Shown in pieces: positions 34,917-35,874 of a DNA stretch of 35,874 nucleotides. The notes under the pieces are model-generated. The model did not search any database. It had not been told where the DNA came from and was given only the letters and a program-made list of their open reading frames with translations. The DNA lies in the IMG/VR virus record IMGVR_UViG_3300025875_000070, positions 1-35,874 of that record. One strand, 5' to 3'. Position 1 is the first letter of the stretch. The number at the start of each line of letters is the position of its first letter. Both the position numbers and the translations under genes were made by a program. The stretch is from a virus (taxonomy: Duplodnaviria > Caudoviricetes).

Positions 34917-35347
34917 TTTTTTTTATCCTCCGCAGGGGCCGGCGCGGGCGCTTCGGTTTCGTCGGGGTCGGTGTACCCCTCCACTTTGGCATAAAGGATC
35001 GCGGCCGCCAGGTCCCATTGTTCCTTAAGCGGCATTGCGTCAACGTATCGGGAGATTAGGTCATTAGCGCGCAGAGCCGACACTTTAACGTCAGCGCCGT
35101 CCACCATGCCCTCCCCGCCGCCGACCAGCCCTAATCGGATGGTTTCGCGCACGTCGTCCACCCGAAAGGCGGCGAAGGCCGGGTGGCCTATGTCCACTTG
35201 ATCGGCAAGCCGGCCCTTTAGGACGCGGCCGTAAAGTTCGCCGATGCCCGCACCCGTCTTGTCCTGCAGTTCCCGGATTTGCTCCAAGGGCAGGGCGAAG
35301 CGGTACTCGCCATCGGCGAACTTCAAGTTGATACAGGTAACCGCCAC
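34886..35347 (-). CDS. Tail assembly chaperone (GTA-type, gpG-like)
   Basis: FADGEYRFAL...ELQDKTGAG...DVRETIRLGLVGGG; between the tube and tape measure genes; probable GTG start at 35347. Confidence 0.85.
   Translation of the reverse strand: MAVTCINLKFADGEYRFALPLEQIRELQDKTGAGIGELYGRVLKGRLADQVDIGHPAFAAFRVDDVRETIRLGLVGGGEGMVDGADVKVSALRANDLISRYVDAMPLKEQWDLAAAILYAKVEGYTDPDETEAPAPAPAEDKKKADGSTTPAP
34916..34924 (-). other. Programmed -1 frameshift slippery site
   Basis: GAT AAA AAA AAA GCG near the end of the chaperone ORF; a -1 slip bypasses the TAG at 34886. Confidence 0.75.
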
Positions 35348-35349
35348 GA

Positions 35350-35802
35350 TTAGGTCGCCGGCACCCAACGCCAGGGGCCGTCGCTGGCGATAGTCAAGCT
35401 AAGGCTGCCGAACTCGCCGCCCGTTGACGTGCCGCCCATTTGCCGATTGGTAATCATGGCAGGGCCTTCATAAAAGCCCGTGCCCACGATCGAGCCCGCA
35501 GGTCGCCCGATAACGAAACGGTAGTTTTTAGTGACACCGGTTGCCTGCCGTATCGTGTCATGCTGCGCCAGGTTAAACAGGCCCTCGCCCGTTAAATCCC
35601 ATTGGCGGCCGGTCGGCACAAGGCGCCGGTTGGGCACGTGTTCGGGCTGCGCGCAGTCAGGTACGAACACATCGTTGGTGTTTACCTGTTCGGTAAAGTT
35701 ACGGGTCGTGATGCCGCAAAACGGGGTGAAGGTTTCGGTTGTCGCGCCGTCACCGATGGCAAGGTCAATATAAGTACCGCGTACAATTTCCGGCTCGGCC
35801 AT
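35350..35802 (-). CDS. Major tail tube protein
   Basis: IGDGATTETFTPFCGIT...PDC...WDLTGEG...IASDG is typical of alphaproteobacterial siphophage/GTA tube proteins; AAAGGA upstream. Confidence 0.9.
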   Translation of the reverse strand: MAEPEIVRGTYIDLAIGDGATTETFTPFCGITTRNFTEQVNTNDVFVPDCAQPEHVPNRRLVPTGRQWDLTGEGLFNLAQHDTIRQATGVTKNYRFVIGRPAGSIVGTGFYEGPAMITNRQMGGTSTGGEFGSLSLTIASDGPWRWVPAT

Positions 35803-35874
35803 GGCGTGCGCCCTTTCCTTTTCGCGTCAACGTGTAGCTTGTCTCGCCTTTTTACGGCAAGGTTATTTCTTCGC

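Overview
This window is 35.9 kb of a high-GC (by eye) long-tailed dsDNA phage or prophage, almost certainly of an alphaproteobacterial host and probably a sphingomonad: it encodes GapR, a PEPxxWA-CTERM protein and GTA-like tail genes. No integrase, capsid, portal or large terminase lies inside the window. From right to left on the - strand: tail tube, tail chaperones with a -1 frameshift, tape measure, tail-tip genes and a lysis cassette (35802-23729). This converges on a + strand replication operon of Cas4-like nuclease, SSB, GapR and family A DNA polymerase (17813-23732). The leftward arm carries an SF2 helicase, VRR-NUC, a short TetR-like regulator, an NrS-1-type primase-helicase, an 884-aa putative depolymerase or adhesin, a coupled operon ending in a DNA-modification cluster, a repeat-rich non-coding region, small terminase and accessory genes (HNH, PEP-CTERM, DUF1643, ParB-like, truncated subtilase-like). 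The most notable items are: (1) a 16-bp palindrome TTGACGG-NN-CCGTCAA found 7 times, always on the -35 box of a predicted promoter, including the one upstream of the TetR-like gene and one bidirectional promoter; (2) a compact base-modification cluster of a C5-methyltransferase split over two overlapping reading frames, a deaminase, a QueF-L-like gene and a TGT/DpdA-like gene; (3) a 31-aa module shared by the SSB C-terminus and the GapR N-terminus; (4) a phage-encoded PEP-CTERM surface protein. All family calls come from motif recognition by eye; no database searches were run.
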